DNA of 64,000 nt from Pocillopora damicornis (lineage: Eukaryota): assembly GCF_003704095.1 (NCBI RefSeq), contig NW_020845872.1:1-64000 (forward strand), read 5' to 3'. Below are positions 62,465-64,000 of the stretch, in pieces (within the stretch, counting starts at the first letter, position 1; the number at the start of each line of letters is the position of its first letter). The translations under genes were made by a program, and so were the position numbers. Under the pieces are notes generated by a model. That model ran no database searches and was not told the origin of the DNA. It worked only from the letters and a program-made list of their open reading frames with translations.

Positions 62465-64000
62465 TCAAAGAATACTTTCCAAAGACGAATTTCTATTCAA
62501 ATTGTTTGACGCAGTCTTGAAAGACTGTTTAATGCGCCTGGCTTCATACTCGTCAAACACGGCTCTGGTTACATTTCCTCCGTCCGTGGGGTCCTCGATT
62601 CTGATTTTAGGCCCCCGCCAAACCTTAGAATGCATTTTGGTGGGTTCCGTGTTTCCCGTACGAACAGAAATGGTTTCTGCCCACTGGAAAGCAGAATAAT
62701 ACCGGAAAAACGCCATTAACAATTCTCCAAGACTCTTCTCGTTTTTTGACTTGTACGTCTGGATTTGAAGTGGAATTTCATCGGTTAGTTGGTGAATTAC
62801 TTCGTTTTTTGACGTGTCTTTGATAAGTTCTGGGAAGTCTTTATGCAGTACAGGCAGGACTGGGGGAGCACAACCGGCTTGTAGGAAGTGGATGACCATG
62901 AGAACGATAGCAAAACCTAGACATGATGGAAAGTGGCAAGCAGCTAAATTTATTAAAGCATCACAGTTACATGCAGTAAGCATAACTACACATTCGAAGC
63001 GGGGGAATCCCAGAAGCGGCACAGGTTTATACGAGAGATCTTAATAGTCCACATGTCTCCTCACACATAGGCCCCCAATGCTAATAAACTTGTATCAATC
63101 AGGTTATAAGTTCCAACTGCTGTCTTTATAAAAAACAAATAACAATTAAAAAAGTCTCCAAGTTTCCGTGATAAAGGTTAATTCAAGTTCTTGTCAGGAG
63201 TCGCGGGTAGCGTTAGAGTATAGTTTGAATTACTCCAAGATACAACACAATACCCCCTTCGCTTACAGTCTTCTCATCCTTCTCTTCCGACCTTCAACAA
63301 TGTTAAATGCTTCTAGATACATTACCTGGAAGCCTCTTAAACTTGGCTCCGATAATTTGAGCCTTTTTCGCCCATAGTTTGATCACAATTGTCAACGGCT
63401 TCACTCTTAAGTCACACTCAGAGTAGCATTTTAATAGGAAGGCGTTCGTCAAGCTGCTCGAATTCTCCAAAGTGATGTCCGTTTCAAACGAGTTCTCTTT
63501 ATCCTTGAGGATAATTATGGGGTCTTTGGCATTTGAAACAACCTGAAAGTAGTTACAATTACTCTCTGTTAACTACGCCTTAGTTCTGTGGCCGTTTTAT
63601 AGATGTGCCATGTTCAATTATGTAGAATTACACTTTCTCGTTCTTTCAACGCTCTTTTACCCTTCTCTCCCCCCTCTCAAGGCAAAAATTGTAGATTGCA
63701 TTTTGTTTACTATATACAAACAGGAGCAGCTGGTTCAAACTGCTTCTTTTTTCTAATTGGATCACCAGGAGATCTACAATCTTCCGCCCAAATATCGTTC
63801 GATCCAAACAGCCACCATGAATGAGTATTTCTGGATTATACCAGAACGTGATATATAAAAAACAAACAGTGGATGCGGATATTTATGCGTGGCAATCATC
63901 TCAAGCTAAAAGAGATACCAAATTAAATTATCAATTGGTATAACAAACACTGATACCTCTGTTTCAAAGCGGCGAGGCTTGCGACTGAAAAGCGATTCGA
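62465..64000 (-). CDS. Cid1/GLD-2-family terminal nucleotidyltransferase, paralog C, 5'-partial (exons >64000-63957, 63542-63326, 62916-62465)
   Basis: ESLFSRKPRRFETE|VVSNAKDPIIILKDKENSFETDITLE..IKLWAKK..RLPG|FAIVLMVIHFLQ..IRIEDPTDGGNV; same intron positions as A and B. Confidence 0.88.

Noticed and set aside
55097-64000. Nucleotidyltransferases as cGAS/cGLR (Mab21) or OAS enzymes
   Set aside because: GSSANGFG..SDIDL, ARVPIIK and the PAP-associated LGELL..FF.Y/EDP motifs are Cid1/GLD-2/TUT-family signatures, not Mab21 or OAS.

Overview
Eukaryotic, intron-rich, AT-rich animal genomic DNA. Gene content and repeat families point to a cnidarian, probably a stony coral (inference). There are four 100-N scaffold gaps. 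In order: (1) a ~5.7-kb tandem duplication carrying a secreted PAN/EGF/fibrinogen-like gene and an unknown ~212-aa membrane protein, with copy 1 of the secreted gene interrupted by a solo-LTR-like insert; (2) an intronless basic ORF; (3) PPIL6; (4) two divergent CLIC/GST-fold genes; (5) a CD164/porimin-like sialomucin whose intron holds nested Penelope-like elements with hammerhead ribozyme motifs; (6) FAM228-like; (7) LSM10 head-to-head with a FANCG-like gene; (8) a cluster of at least three minimal Cid1/GLD-2-family terminal nucleotidyltransferases (TENTs). The best candidate for an undescribed system is the TENT cluster. The paralogs have altered NTP-binding and nucleotide-recognition motifs, and both visible promoters carry dense clusters of STAT-type TTC-N3-GAA (GAS) sites. 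This suggests a STAT-inducible, possibly antiviral, RNA-tailing module. All gene models were spliced by eye and no database search was run.
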